The notes: generated from the sequence alone by a model not told the origin. 64,000 bases of DNA from Clostridiales bacterium (GCA_021202555.1 JAJQCT010000008.1:12286-76285); one strand, 5' to 3'; shown: positions 52,716 to 62,247, counted from the first letter of the stretch. A program made the numbers and translations.

Positions 52716-52954
52716 TGTCTTATTATAAAATTTGTCTGTGAAATTTGCGTGATGAATGTGTAAAAACGGAACGAAAAGACAAAACCGGCTGATTTGTCCC
52801 ATATGAGCGGCGGGATTTTTGCCCACCCGCTGCCGTTTTTTGCTTTGCGCTGCGCAAAGCGGAGTATACCACAGAAGCTACAAAAAAGCAAACGAGGTCA
52901 TATGTACGATCTATGAATTTTTGAAAAATCGGACGCCTAACGCGAAATACGTGC

Positions 52955-52983
52955 TTGACAAAGCGAGCGCGTTATGGTATTAT
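52955..52983 (+). promoter_or_regulatory. sigma-A promoter P1 of the pyr operon
   Basis: TTGACA (52955-52960), 17-nt spacer, TGG-TATTAT extended -10 (52975-52983). Confidence 0.65.
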
Positions 52984-53180
52984 AACATTGGGCAACAAGG
53001 CATAGCCTTGTTGCTTAAGTTAGATGAATATTGCGCACAGCGCAATATTCACGGTATAGCGCTTTATTTTATGGTATTATAACATTGAATAACAAGGCAT
53101 AGCCTTGTTATTCAAGTTAGATGAATATTGCGCACAGCGCAATATTCATGGTGCAGTGCTTTATTTTATGGTATTATACT
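52972..53180 (+). repeat. 97-nt tandem direct repeat, 2.2 copies, forming the pyr operon leader
   Basis: Units are 52972-53068 and 53069-53165 (87 of 97 positions identical), plus a partial third unit from 53166. Each unit is TTATGGTATTATAAC (extended -10), then hairpin A (AACAAGGC-ATA-GCCTTGTT core), then hairpin B (TGAATATTGCGC-ACA-GCGCAATATTCA). Confidence 0.9.
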
Positions 53181-53202
53181 ATCACATATTGGCGGGGGTC
53201 AC

Positions 53203-54480
53203 ATGAAAAGCAACTCGAAAAAAACATTCACGGGCGCAATGGTCTATGACGGGGGGAAATTCCGTCCCCGTGACTTTTCGATTGACGGCGGAATTGTCGC
53301 TTCATTTGACAAAAACGATGATTCGGTCGAGAAAATTGACGCGAAAGGTCTTTATATATTTCCCGGTTTTGCGGATGTGCACGTGCATTTCCGCGAGCCG
53401 GGTTTTTCATATAAAGAAACAATCAAAACGGGCAGCATGGCTGCGGCGCGCGGCGGTTATACGGCAGTCTGCGCTATGCCGAACTTAAATCCCGTGCCTG
53501 ACGATGAAAAGTCAATTCTCGCGGAGGTTGAAATCATACAGCGTGACGCGAAAATACACGTCTATCCTTACGGCGCGATAACAAGGGGACAGCACGGAAA
53601 GCGGCTTGCGGATATGTACGGCATGGCGCCTTATGCCGTCGCTTTTTCGGACGACGGGCACGGCGTACAGAGCGATGAGATGATGGAAAAGGCTATGATA
53701 ACGGCGAAAAAGCTTGGGAAAGTAATCGCGGCTCACTGCGAGGACGAAAGATACGTCAACGGCGGCGTAATCAACGACGGGCGCTACGCAAAAAAACACG
53801 GTCTGCCCGGAATCAACACAATATCGGAGTGGGGACAAATATCGCGCGACGTGGGGCTTCTTGACAAAACAGGCGCGGCGTATCACGTCTGCCACGTCTC
53901 GACCGCAACGAGCGTAGGAGTAATCAGGCGCGGAAAAAATGAGGGTTACGACATCACCTGCGAGACGGCGCCGCATTATCTTTTGAAAAATGAGATGATG
54001 CTCGAGGACGACGGTAGATTCAAAATGAATCCGCCGATTCGGAGTGAGGAAGACAGAAAGGCTCTTATCGAGGGAATACTCGACGGCACAATCGATATGA
54101 TTGCAACGGATCACGCGCCGCACACGAAGGAAGAAAAATCAAAGGGGCTTCTCGGCAGTCTCATGGGAGTGTCGGGGCTTGAGGCGGCGTTTCCAACGCT
54201 TTACACGGGTCTTGTCAGGACGGGAATAATTACACTTGAGCGCCTCACGGAGCTAATGTGTACGGCACCGAGGAAAAGATTCGGACTGCCGCCTATAAAT
54301 CTGGAGGTCGGGGAAAATGCCGACTTCACAATTATAGATCTTGACAGGAAATTCACAATACACGGCGACGACTTTTTGTCGATGGGAAAGGTGACGGTCT
54401 TTGAGGGCGAGGAAGTTTACGGGAAGGTCGTCTATACCGCCGTCGGCGGGAGGACGGCATACGACGAGGGAGTTCTATGA
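53203..54480 (+). CDS. pyrC: dihydroorotase
   Basis: 425 aa counted from MKSNSKKTF (ATG at 53203, GGGGG RBS). DVHVHFREPG metal site, and ATDHAPH. The ORF-track start 53128 lies inside the tandem repeat. Confidence 0.92.
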   Translation: MKSNSKKTFTGAMVYDGGKFRPRDFSIDGGIVASFDKNDDSVEKIDAKGLYIFPGFADVHVHFREPGFSYKETIKTGSMAAARGGYTAVCAMPNLNPVPDDEKSILAEVEIIQRDAKIHVYPYGAITRGQHGKRLADMYGMAPYAVAFSDDGHGVQSDEMMEKAMITAKKLGKVIAAHCEDERYVNGGVINDGRYAKKHGLPGINTISEWGQISRDVGLLDKTGAAYHVCHVSTATSVGVIRRGKNEGYDITCETAPHYLLKNEMMLEDDGRFKMNPPIRSEEDRKALIEGILDGTIDMIATDHAPHTKEEKSKGLLGSLMGVSGLEAAFPTLYTGLVRTGIITLERLTELMCTAPRKRFGLPPINLEVGENADFTIIDLDRKFTIHGDDFLSMGKVTVFEGEEVYGKVVYTAVGGRTAYDEGVL

Positions 54481-55217
54481 AACAGTGTTTGCTTGAGGTT
54501 ACAAAAAACGAGCGTCTCACCTCTGATATATACGAGATGACGCTTGAGGGCGAGGCAGGTGAAAACCGTGCGGGTCAGTTTGCAAACGTGTCCGTTCCGA
54601 ATAAATTCCTGCGCCGCCCGATTTCCGTCGCCGACGCGGGCGAGAATTTCATCACGCTCGTTTACCGCGTAACGGGCGAGGGCACCGGAACGGATGAAAT
54701 GTCAAAGCTTTCTGTCGGCGACACGCTCGACGTTCTGACGGGTCTTGGGAACGGATATGACACTTCCCTTGCGGGATGCCGCCCGCTTCTTCTCGGAGGC
54801 GGTGTCGGAACGCCGCCGATTTACTGTCTTGCAAAATCGCTTGTCTCTGCCGGAATATCTCCGACCGTAGCGCTCGGGTTCAACCGCGCAGACGATATGT
54901 TTTACCTTGACAAATTCAAAGCGCTCGGAGTTGAGCTTCGCGTCGCGACACTTGACGGAAGCTACGGGGATGAGGGATTTGTCACGGATGCCGCTTTTGG
55001 AATTGATTTTTCGTATTACTACGCCTGCGGTCCCATGCCTATGCTCGCAGCGATTCGCCGGGCGTTCGGCGAGCGGGGCGAGATGAGCTTTGAGGAACGG
55101 ATGGGATGCGGATTCGGCGCGTGCGTCGGCTGCACATGGAACACAAAATCGGGAGCGCGCCGCGTATGCCGCGACGGTCCCGTATTCAAAACGGGGGAAA
55201 TCATATGGAAGGCTTAA
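54477..55217 (+). CDS. pyrK: dihydroorotate dehydrogenase electron-transfer subunit
   Basis: 246 aa. FAD/NAD-binding fold and C-terminal 2Fe-2S cysteines CGFGACVGCTW...CRDGP. Confidence 0.9.
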   Translation: MKQCLLEVTKNERLTSDIYEMTLEGEAGENRAGQFANVSVPNKFLRRPISVADAGENFITLVYRVTGEGTGTDEMSKLSVGDTLDVLTGLGNGYDTSLAGCRPLLLGGGVGTPPIYCLAKSLVSAGISPTVALGFNRADDMFYLDKFKALGVELRVATLDGSYGDEGFVTDAAFGIDFSYYYACGPMPMLAAIRRAFGERGEMSFEERMGCGFGACVGCTWNTKSGARRVCRDGPVFKTGEIIWKA

Positions 55218-56116
55218 GCGTTCGGCTCGGCGATATAACGCTCGACAACCCGATAATTCCCGCGAGCGGGACATTCGGCTACGGCTTTGAATTCGCGGAG
55301 CTGTACGATTTGAATATTCTCGGCTCAATCGCCCTCAAGGGGACGACAAGAGAGCCTCGCTTCGGCAATGAAACGCCGCGAATCGCCGAGACGCCCTCAG
55401 GAATGCTGAATTCCGTCGGGCTTCAGAATCCCGGAATCGACCACGTTTTGGAGCATGAGATTCCCGAGCTTAAAAAAATTTATCATAAGCCGCTGATTTT
55501 GAACGTCGGCGGATTCTCTGAGGAGGATTTCGCTTATGTATGCGCCGCCGCGTCGCGGGAGCCTGCCGTAGGCATAATCGAGCTTAATATAAGCTGCCCG
55601 AATTTACACTCGGGAGGCGCAAATTTCGGCACCTCTCCCGATGAGGCATATGCCGCCGTCAAGGCGGCGAGGGGCGCGACGGACAAGCCGATTTTCGCAA
55701 AGCTGTCGCCGAACGTGACGGACATAAAATCGATTGCAGCCGCTGCCGTTGAGGCGGGAGCTGACGGAATTTCGCTTATAAACACGCTGCTCGGAATGAG
55801 AATTGACATAAAAAAACGCACGCCGGTGCTGAAAAACCGCACGGGAGGACTTTCGGGACCTGCCGTTTTGCCCGTCGCGCTCCGCGCCGTATACGAGGTA
55901 TACGATGCGGTTTCGGTTCCGATTATCGGAATGGGCGGCATATCATGTGCGGAGGATGTTATCGAGATGATGCTCGCCGGGGCGGTCGCTGTCGAGGTAG
56001 GCGCGGCGAATCTGGTAAATCCCTTCATCTGCCGCGATATAATCGAAAAGCTGCCCGAGACAATGAAAAAATACGGAATTTCAAATTTATCTGATATAAC
56101 AGGAGGCGCACACTGA
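55205..56116 (+). CDS. pyrD: dihydroorotate dehydrogenase catalytic subunit (class 1B)
   Basis: 303 aa counted from MEGLSVRLGDITLDNPIIPASGTFGYG (ATG at 55205). NISCPN active-site Cys region, and GGLSGPA. Confidence 0.92.
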   Translation: MEGLSVRLGDITLDNPIIPASGTFGYGFEFAELYDLNILGSIALKGTTREPRFGNETPRIAETPSGMLNSVGLQNPGIDHVLEHEIPELKKIYHKPLILNVGGFSEEDFAYVCAAASREPAVGIIELNISCPNLHSGGANFGTSPDEAYAAVKAARGATDKPIFAKLSPNVTDIKSIAAAAVEAGADGISLINTLLGMRIDIKKRTPVLKNRTGGLSGPAVLPVALRAVYEVYDAVSVPIIGMGGISCAEDVIEMMLAGAVAVEVGAANLVNPFICRDIIEKLPETMKKYGISNLSDITGGAH

Positions 56117-56811
56117 TGGGACGTGACGTAATTATTGCGTGCGATTTTTCGGACGCGGGGACAACGCTTGAATTTTTGTCGAGATTCGGCGAAAGGAAGC
56201 CGTTTGTCAAAATCGGAATGGAGCTTTACTATTCGGCAGGACCCGACATAGTAAAGAAAATAAAAGACCTCGGATGTCGGATTTTCCTTGACCTCAAGCT
56301 TCACGACATACCGAATACAGTGAAAAAGACTGCCGCAGTGCTTTCGCGGCTCGACGTTGACATGACAAATCTTCACGCGGCGGGAGGCTCCGTTATGATG
56401 AGCGCCGCCGCAGAAGAGATTAAATCGTCAGGGGCGAAAACAAAGCTTATCGCCGTAACGCAGCTCACCTCTACAAGCGAGGTGGCGCTGCGTGACGAGC
56501 TGCTTATAAGCGCGTCGATGGAGGAAACAGTCGCCGCTTACGCAAGGCTCGCCATGAAATCCGGGCTTGACGGCGTAGTCTGCTCGCCGCTTGAGGCAGG
56601 AAAAGTTCACGCCGTATGCTCGCCCGAATTTCTGACGGTCACGCCTGGGGTGAGATTTGATGAGGAAAGCAGAGGGGATCAGACGCGAATTGCAACGCCC
56701 GCGCGCGCAAGAGAGCTTGGTTCGGACTATATTGTCGTCGGTCGCCCGATAACAGCATCCCCCGACCCCGTTGCCGCTTATGAGCGCTGTATGCGCGAAT
56801 TTGTCGATTAA
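56116..56811 (+). CDS. pyrF: orotidine 5'-phosphate decarboxylase
   Basis: 231 aa. FLDLKLHDIPNT catalytic motif and IVVGRPI. Confidence 0.92.
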   Translation: MGRDVIIACDFSDAGTTLEFLSRFGERKPFVKIGMELYYSAGPDIVKKIKDLGCRIFLDLKLHDIPNTVKKTAAVLSRLDVDMTNLHAAGGSVMMSAAAEEIKSSGAKTKLIAVTQLTSTSEVALRDELLISASMEETVAAYARLAMKSGLDGVVCSPLEAGKVHAVCSPEFLTVTPGVRFDEESRGDQTRIATPARARELGSDYIVVGRPITASPDPVAAYERCMREFVD

Positions 56812-56841
56812 ACTATTTATATTCTTTGGAGGAACAACGCC

Positions 56842-57513
56842 ATGAACGACGCCGCTATTGAAGCGATAAAGAAACGCACCTCGGAAAATCTTCTCCGTAT
56901 AGGCGCGGTATTTTTCAGACCCGACGCCCCATTTACATGGGCGAGCGGAATTAAAAGCCCCGTATACTGCGACAACAGGCTTACTCTCACCGCTCCCGTC
57001 GTGCGCGAGGAGCTTGAATCAGACATTGCCGACACGGTGCGCGAATTTTTCCCCGACTGCGAGCTTCTTATGGGAACGTCAACTGCCGGCATCGCACACG
57101 CCGCAATCGCCGCACACATTCTTGAGCTTCCGATGGGATATGTCCGCTCGGGCGCAAAGGATCACGGACGCCAAAATCAAATTGAGGGAAAGCTCACAAG
57201 GGGCGAAAAAACGGTCGTAATCGAGGATTTAATCTCGACCGGCGGTTCAGTTATCGAAACCGTCGAGGCGCTTCGCGCGGCGGGTGCCGACGTTCTCGGC
57301 GTCGTCTCGATTTTCACATACGGGATGAAGCGCGGAATCGACCGCCTCTCGGCTGCAAACGTCGTAAATCACAGTCTCACCGATTTTGACACAACTGTGA
57401 AAATCGCCGTCGAGCACGGATATATAAAATGGAGCGACGTTGAAAGGCTGCTTGCGTTCCGCGACAATCCGTCCGACGAGACGTGGATTACAAAAAGGGG
57501 CGGCGAGCTGTGA
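56842..57513 (+). CDS. pyrE: orotate phosphoribosyltransferase
   Basis: 223 aa. PRPP-binding [12 protein letters not shown] motif. Confidence 0.9.
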   Translation: MNDAAIEAIKKRTSENLLRIGAVFFRPDAPFTWASGIKSPVYCDNRLTLTAPVVREELESDIADTVREFFPDCELLMGTSTAGIAHAAIAAHILELPMGYVRSGAKDHGRQNQIEGKLTRGEKTVVIEDLISTGGSVIETVEALRAAGADVLGVVSIFTYGMKRGIDRLSAANVVNHSLTDFDTTVKIAVEHGYIKWSDVERLLAFRDNPSDETWITKRGGEL

Positions 57514-58427
57514 GAAGTCTTATAAGCATTGAGGAGCTATCGCGCGATGAAATTGATTCTCTTATCGCGACCGCGAACGATATAATCGAAAATCCTAAAA
57601 AATACGGCGAGCTTTGCCGTGGAAAAAAGCTCGCGACGCTCTTTTACGAGCCGTCCACGCGCACGCGTCTTTCGTTTGAGGCGGCGATGTACGAGCTTGG
57701 CGGGAATGTCCTCGGATTTTCCGAGGCGCAAAGCTCATCCGCCGCAAAGGGAGAGAGCGTCGCCGACACCGCGCGCACTGTGAGCTGCTACGCAGACATT
57801 ATCGCCATGCGTCATCCGAAGGAAGGCGCGCCCTATGTTGCGTCGCAGCACGCGTCAGTCCCCGTAATCAACGCAGGCGACGGCGGTCACAATCATCCGA
57901 CTCAGACGCTCGCAGACCTCTGCACCATTTCGCGCGAGATGGGGCGAATGTCAGATCTCACAATCGGCTGCTGCGGCGACCTCAAATTCGGGCGCACGGT
58001 TCATTCGCTCATAGCGGCGATGTCGAGGTACGAAAACGTGAAATTCGTATTGATTTCGCCCGAGGAGCTTCGCGTTCCGAGCTATGTACGCCACGGAATA
58101 CTTGAGAGCGGCGGCATTCCCTACGTTGAAACGCGCGACATACGCGAGGTTATGGGCGAGCTTGACATTCTTTATATGACAAGAGTACAGCGCGAGCGCT
58201 TCTTTTCCGAGGAGGAATACCTGCGTCTCAAGGACAGCTATATTCTCACAAAGGATAAGCTTTCCGGCGCGAAGGATTCGCTTTGCATAATGCATCCGCT
58301 GCCGAGAGTAAACGAAATTTCGGTTGAGATTGACGATGACCCGCGCGCCTGCTATTTCAAGCAGGTGCTTTACGGAAAATATATGCGCATGGCGCTGATT
58401 TTAATGCTTTTGGGGGTTGACGCATGA
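57510..58427 (+). CDS. pyrB: aspartate carbamoyltransferase catalytic subunit
   Basis: I propose the GTG at 57510 as the start (GTGA overlap with the pyrE stop, AAGGGG RBS 9 nt upstream). STRTR carbamoyl-phosphate motif, HPTQ, and HPLPR. The ORF-track start 57483 is the alternative. Confidence 0.9.
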   Translation: MRSLISIEELSRDEIDSLIATANDIIENPKKYGELCRGKKLATLFYEPSTRTRLSFEAAMYELGGNVLGFSEAQSSSAAKGESVADTARTVSCYADIIAMRHPKEGAPYVASQHASVPVINAGDGGHNHPTQTLADLCTISREMGRMSDLTIGCCGDLKFGRTVHSLIAAMSRYENVKFVLISPEELRVPSYVRHGILESGGIPYVETRDIREVMGELDILYMTRVQRERFFSEEEYLRLKDSYILTKDKLSGAKDSLCIMHPLPRVNEISVEIDDDPRACYFKQVLYGKYMRMALILMLLGVDA

Positions 58428-58861
58428 ACATTGACGCAATCAAAAACGGTTATGTTATCGACCACATTTCGGCGGGACGCGGAATGGAGCTTTATACGCT
58501 TCTGGGGCTTGACAGGCTTGACTGCTCCGTCGCGATAATAAAAAACGCGCAGAGCGCGAAATACGGGCGAAAGGATATAATTAAAATCGACGGCGAGAAG
58601 GACGTGAATCTCGACCTTATCGGCTATTTCGACCCGAATATCACAATAAACGTGATACGCGACGGCGAGTGCATTTCAAAAGGACGACCCGAGCTTCCCA
58701 AAAGGCTTGTCGGCGTTCTCACCTGCAAAAATCCGCGCTGCATAACGACAACGGAGCAGGAGCTGCCGCAGATTTTCAAGCTGACGGACAGAGAGACGCG
58801 CGAATATCGCTGTATTTACTGCGAAACGAAGGCGCCCGCCGCGGGAAAATCAAACGGATAG
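58424..58861 (+). CDS. pyrI: aspartate carbamoyltransferase regulatory subunit
   Basis: 145 aa. [11 protein letters not shown]-domain and Zn cysteines CKNPRC...CIYC. Confidence 0.9.
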   Translation: MNIDAIKNGYVIDHISAGRGMELYTLLGLDRLDCSVAIIKNAQSAKYGRKDIIKIDGEKDVNLDLIGYFDPNITINVIRDGECISKGRPELPKRLVGVLTCKNPRCITTTEQELPQIFKLTDRETREYRCIYCETKAPAAGKSNG

Positions 58862-58900
58862 CCCGAGTGCTGCGGGGAAAATCTCAAAAATGCATATCAA

Positions 58901-58937
58901 AAAGCGCACGGGACAAGCATTCCGTGCGCTTTTTTTC
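58901..58937. terminator. bidirectional intrinsic terminator between pyrI and pduL
   Basis: AAAGCGCACGG / CCGTGCGCTTT 11-bp stem, followed by TTTTT and preceded by an A-run. Confidence 0.85.
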
Positions 58938-58959
58938 AATTTCAAAGGCTCGCTGAAAT

Positions 58960-59538
58960 TCAGTCCGCGACGATTTCGCCCCAGACCTCGCCGAACGCAG
59001 ATGCTGCATTCGCCTCATCGGTATCGATGTGCATTGCGAGCGCGTATGTGCTGCTCACGCGGCATACGACGTCGCCGAATACAAGCGAGCGACCGTTCGT
59101 ATCAAGCTTAACGCTCACAATATCCTTGTCATGAACGCCAAATCTCTCAGCATCCTCGGGCGTGAAATGAATGTGGCGCTTCGCTACGATAACGCCGCAG
59201 TCAATATCAACCTCGCCGCACGGACCGACAAGCTTGCAGGGGCAGCTCCCCTCAAGGTCGCCCGATTCGCGCACAGGCGGCGTCAGACCGAGCGTTCTCG
59301 CATCGGTGAACGATACCTCAACCTGCGTCTGCGAGCGCACGGGTCCGAGAACGGATACGCGCTCAATTGACTTTTTGGGACCGACAACCGTGAGCTTTTC
59401 CTCGCTCGCAAACTGTCCCGGCTGTGAGAGCATTTTTTTGACGGTCAGCTCATGACCCTTGCCGAAGAGCGTTTCAACATCCTCTTTTGTTAAATGGATG
59501 TGGCGCGCCGACGTTTCAACAATGAATTTATCCGACAT
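58960..59538 (-). CDS. pduL: PduL-type phosphate acyltransferase (propanoyl/acetyl)
   Basis: 192 aa counted from MSDKFIVETSARHIHLT (ATG at 59538, AAGGAAGG RBS). Duplicated ARHIHL / KRHIHF PduL repeats. Confidence 0.88.
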   Translation of the reverse strand: MSDKFIVETSARHIHLTKEDVETLFGKGHELTVKKMLSQPGQFASEEKLTVVGPKKSIERVSVLGPVRSQTQVEVSFTDARTLGLTPPVRESGDLEGSCPCKLVGPCGEVDIDCGVIVAKRHIHFTPEDAERFGVHDKDIVSVKLDTNGRSLVFGDVVCRVSSTYALAMHIDTDEANAASAFGEVWGEIVAD

Positions 59539-59585
59539 AATATCGCCTTCCTTTATTCCTTCCGGAAATTTATTTGACTGTGTAA

Positions 59586-59614
59586 AGTATATCACATTCG
59601 CGAATAAAACGCAA
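59586..59614 (-). promoter_or_regulatory. candidate promoter for pduL
   Basis: On the minus strand this reads TTGCGT (59614-59609), a 17-nt spacer ending in TGA, then TATACT (59591-59586). Confidence 0.5.
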
Positions 59615-59668
59615 GCCCTGCGGGAAAAATCATAAAAAAGGTTTTGATTTTTCATTTTGGGGGTTCAA

Positions 59669-60304
59669 ATGGACGAAATCGATGAAATAAACGAAACGGG
59701 CAGCACATCGCGCTCGAATATACGGACCTTCACCGTCATAGGTCAGATTGAGGGATATTATATGCTCGGTGAGGGGCAGAAATCGACAAAATACGAGCAT
59801 ATCATCCCGCTTTTGGCTGACGCCGAGCAGGACACCGACACAAAGGGGCTTCTCTTTCTCATCAACACGATGGGAGGCGACGTTGAGGCGGGGCTTGCGA
59901 TTGCCGAAATGATTTCGGGAATGTCGAAGCCGACCACATCAGTCGTACTCGGCGGCGGTCACTCGATAGGCGTACCGCTCGCCGTCGCGGCAAAAAGGTC
60001 TTTTATCGTCCCGTCGGCGACAATGACGCTTCACCCCGTGAGACTGAACGGGACGGTTATAGGCGTGCCGCAGACTTACAATTATCTTCAGCGAATGCAG
60101 GACAGAATCACGGGCTTCATCGCCGCGCATTCAAAAATCAATATTGATGAGCTTCGCCGGCTGATGATGAACACGGACGAGCTTGCGAACGACGTCGGCA
60201 CGATTATTGACGGCAACGCCGCCGTATCATGCGGGCTGATTGACGAAATCGGCGGTGTGAGCGACGCGGTAAAATATCTTCGTGGGACAATGACGGGAGA
60301 ATAG
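59669..60304 (+). CDS. ClpP-fold serine protease, TepA/YmfB-like
   Basis: 211 aa counted from MDEIDEINE. INTMGGDVEAGLAIAEMI and GGGHSIGVPLAVAAK are ClpP/TepA family motifs. Confidence 0.75.
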   Translation: MDEIDEINETGSTSRSNIRTFTVIGQIEGYYMLGEGQKSTKYEHIIPLLADAEQDTDTKGLLFLINTMGGDVEAGLAIAEMISGMSKPTTSVVLGGGHSIGVPLAVAAKRSFIVPSATMTLHPVRLNGTVIGVPQTYNYLQRMQDRITGFIAAHSKINIDELRRLMMNTDELANDVGTIIDGNAAVSCGLIDEIGGVSDAVKYLRGTMTGE

Positions 60305-60357
60305 GAATCCGGCGCCAGAGCGGATTTCAGATGAAACCCATTCTGTACGAGTGCCCG

Positions 60358-61293
60358 CTATTGACTTTTTTCCCCGCCGTTTTTCTCACAGAAGTACCTG
60401 CCTCGTTCGGGCAGCTGTGCCAGAATGACTGCGGCAAACACCAGCACGCAGCCGAAACCCTCCCTCGCCGAGAGCCGCTCCTCAAGCACTGCCCAGCCTG
60501 TAAGCACGGAAAACACAGATTCCATGCTCATAAGCAAAGACGCTACCGTGGGATTCGTATGATTCTGCGCAACAATCTGCAAAGTGTATCCCACACCGCT
60601 TGACAAAACGCCGGCATAAACAAGAGGGAGCCAAGCCGCCGCAATCTCTGCTGCCGCAGGCTGCTCAATCAGTATCATAGGTACCGCACACAATACTCCA
60701 GCCGTAAAGAACTGAATACAGGCAAGACACACTCCATCCGTTTTCGGTGAAAAATAATCAATCACCAAAATATGAACAGAAAATGCCACGGCACTGAGCA
60801 AAACAAAAATGTCGCCATTCGCAATGGAAAACTCTTCCGTAATGCAGAGAAAATACATTCCAAATACCGCGAGAGCAACGCACACCCATATTTTTTTGCC
60901 TGCTTTCTTCCCGAGAAAAAGCCCTATAACCGGCACAATCAAAATATATAGTGCCGTAATAAATCCCGCCTTTCCTGCACCTGTATAAATAAGACCGATC
61001 TGTTGAAGAGAGCTTGCCGCAGCCAGCACCGCACCACAACAGATTCCTCCGATAATCAGCGTTTTCCGTTCCCGCGTTTCCGTTCCGTTTTTTTCACTTG
61101 CACTCTTTGCACGTTGTTTTTTTCTGCGCATACAGATAACGGGGAGCAAAACGATGCCACCCATAAAATTCCGAACGGAGTTAAAAGTAAACGGACCGAT
61201 ATAATCCATACCGACGCTTTGCGCGACAAAAGCACTGCCCCAAATAAACGCTGTCAGCAGGAGCAGCAGATTGCATTTAATTTTCTGATTCAT
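60358..61293 (-). CDS. DMT-superfamily transporter (two EamA domains)
   Basis: 311 aa counted from MNQKIKCNLLLLLTAFIWGSAFVAQ (ATG at 61293). 10 TM. The ORF-track start at 61479 runs into rpsR. Confidence 0.85.
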   Translation of the reverse strand: MNQKIKCNLLLLLTAFIWGSAFVAQSVGMDYIGPFTFNSVRNFMGGIVLLPVICMRRKKQRAKSASEKNGTETRERKTLIIGGICCGAVLAAASSLQQIGLIYTGAGKAGFITALYILIVPVIGLFLGKKAGKKIWVCVALAVFGMYFLCITEEFSIANGDIFVLLSAVAFSVHILVIDYFSPKTDGVCLACIQFFTAGVLCAVPMILIEQPAAAEIAAAWLPLVYAGVLSSGVGYTLQIVAQNHTNPTVASLLMSMESVFSVLTGWAVLEERLSAREGFGCVLVFAAVILAQLPERGRYFCEKNGGEKSQ

Positions 61294-61364
61294 ATTGTCT
61301 TTGTTATTTCCTATCTTAAAAATACTCCCCTGAGGAAATCTTTCCGTCGGAAAAGGATACCCAC

Positions 61365-61392
61365 AAAAAAAGCGGCTGCGGAGCCGCTTTTT
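61365..61392 (-). terminator. intrinsic terminator after rpsR
   Basis: AAAGCGGCT-GCGG-AGCCGCTTT. On the minus strand it is followed by TTTTTTTGTGG. Confidence 0.85.
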
Positions 61393-61397
61393 CAGTC

Positions 61398-61739
61398 TCA
61401 GTCGGATATATAGGGCATGAGAGCCATCTGGCGCGAACGCTTGAGAGCAATCGCAAGCTGACGCTGATGCTTCGCGCACGTTCCGGTGACGCGGCGCGGA
61501 AGAATCTTTGAGCGCTCGCTCACGAATTTGCGCAGACGAGCCGTGTCCTTATAATCGATATAGTCGATTTTCTCGGCGCAGAACACGCAGACCTTTCTGC
61601 GTCTTCTCTGCTGCTGGGGGCGATACTGACGCTGTGTGCCGTATGTGCCGCCCTGCGTGTTTCCGTTCTGCGTTTCCGAATGCTCCGCTGCGGGGGATTC
61701 CTGCCTTGCGGCGGGCTGAACATTTTCTCTGTTATCCAT
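61398..61739 (-). CDS. rpsR: 30S ribosomal protein S18 (with about 40-aa N-terminal Q/R/G-rich extension)
   Basis: The C-terminal 70 aa, [66 protein letters not shown], is canonical S18. Confidence 0.9.
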   Translation of the reverse strand: MDNRENVQPAARQESPAAEHSETQNGNTQGGTYGTQRQYRPQQQRRRRKVCVFCAEKIDYIDYKDTARLRKFVSERSKILPRRVTGTCAKHQRQLAIALKRSRQMALMPYISD

Positions 61740-61773
61740 AATATGAAAATCCTTTCTTCAAATCATTTTCCCG

Positions 61774-62247
61774 TCAGAACGGCAAATCGTCGTCATCGGA
61801 AATCTCTTCAAACTTGGGAGCCGCAGTCGCCGTCGGCTGTCCGCCTCCCGAATATGTGGGCGCGCCGTATGAATCGCCGCCGTAGCCCGACGCAGATCCG
61901 CCGCCCTCACCCTTCGAGTCAACAAAATATGCCTCATCGACAAGAACATCTGTCGCATAGCGCTTCTGTCCCTGTTGGTCAGTCCAGCTTCTCGTCTGGA
62001 TCTGTCCGACAACGCATATGCTGCTTCCCTTGTGAAAATACCGCGTTATGAACTCCGCAGTACTTCTCCATGCGGTGCAGTTTATGAAATCCGTCGTCGT
62101 CTGCTGTCCGTCCTGACGCTTTGACTGATAGCGCCTGTTCACAGCGATTGAAAACGAGGTTACGGGGGTTTCGCCCGCCATACGCAGCTCGGGATCCGCC
62201 GTAAGTCTGCCGCCGAGAATGACCTTGTTTAAGTTGAAATTAGCCAC
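61774..62247 (-). CDS. ssb: single-stranded DNA-binding protein
   Basis: 157 aa. OB fold (NLNKVILGGRLTADPELR), G-rich linker, and acidic tip DDDLPF. Confidence 0.93.
   Translation of the reverse strand: MANFNLNKVILGGRLTADPELRMAGETPVTSFSIAVNRRYQSKRQDGQQTTTDFINCTAWRSTAEFITRYFHKGSSICVVGQIQTRSWTDQQGQKRYATDVLVDEAYFVDSKGEGGGSASGYGGDSYGAPTYSGGGQPTATAAPKFEEISDDDDLPF

Noticed and set aside
52819-53082. 87-aa + strand ORF spanning the pyr upstream region.
   Set aside because: It reads straight through the promoter and the 97-nt tandem repeat, has no RBS, and its sequence is dictated by the hairpins. I treat it as non-coding.
52972-53180. Whether the 97-nt repeats could be a CRISPR array or a minisatellite from a mobile element.
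   Set aside because: There are only 2.2 directly abutting copies and no spacers. The repeat is too long for a CRISPR repeat. There are no cas genes, no transposase and no terminal inverted repeats. Each unit carries a promoter box, which fits a duplicated regulatory module.
52955-53202. Canonical PyrR-dependent attenuator upstream of the pyr operon.
   Set aside because: I could not find the conserved PyrR binding loop (CCAGAGAGG-type) or a terminator-antiterminator pair with an adjacent U-run. A very diverged site cannot be excluded without a covariance-model search.
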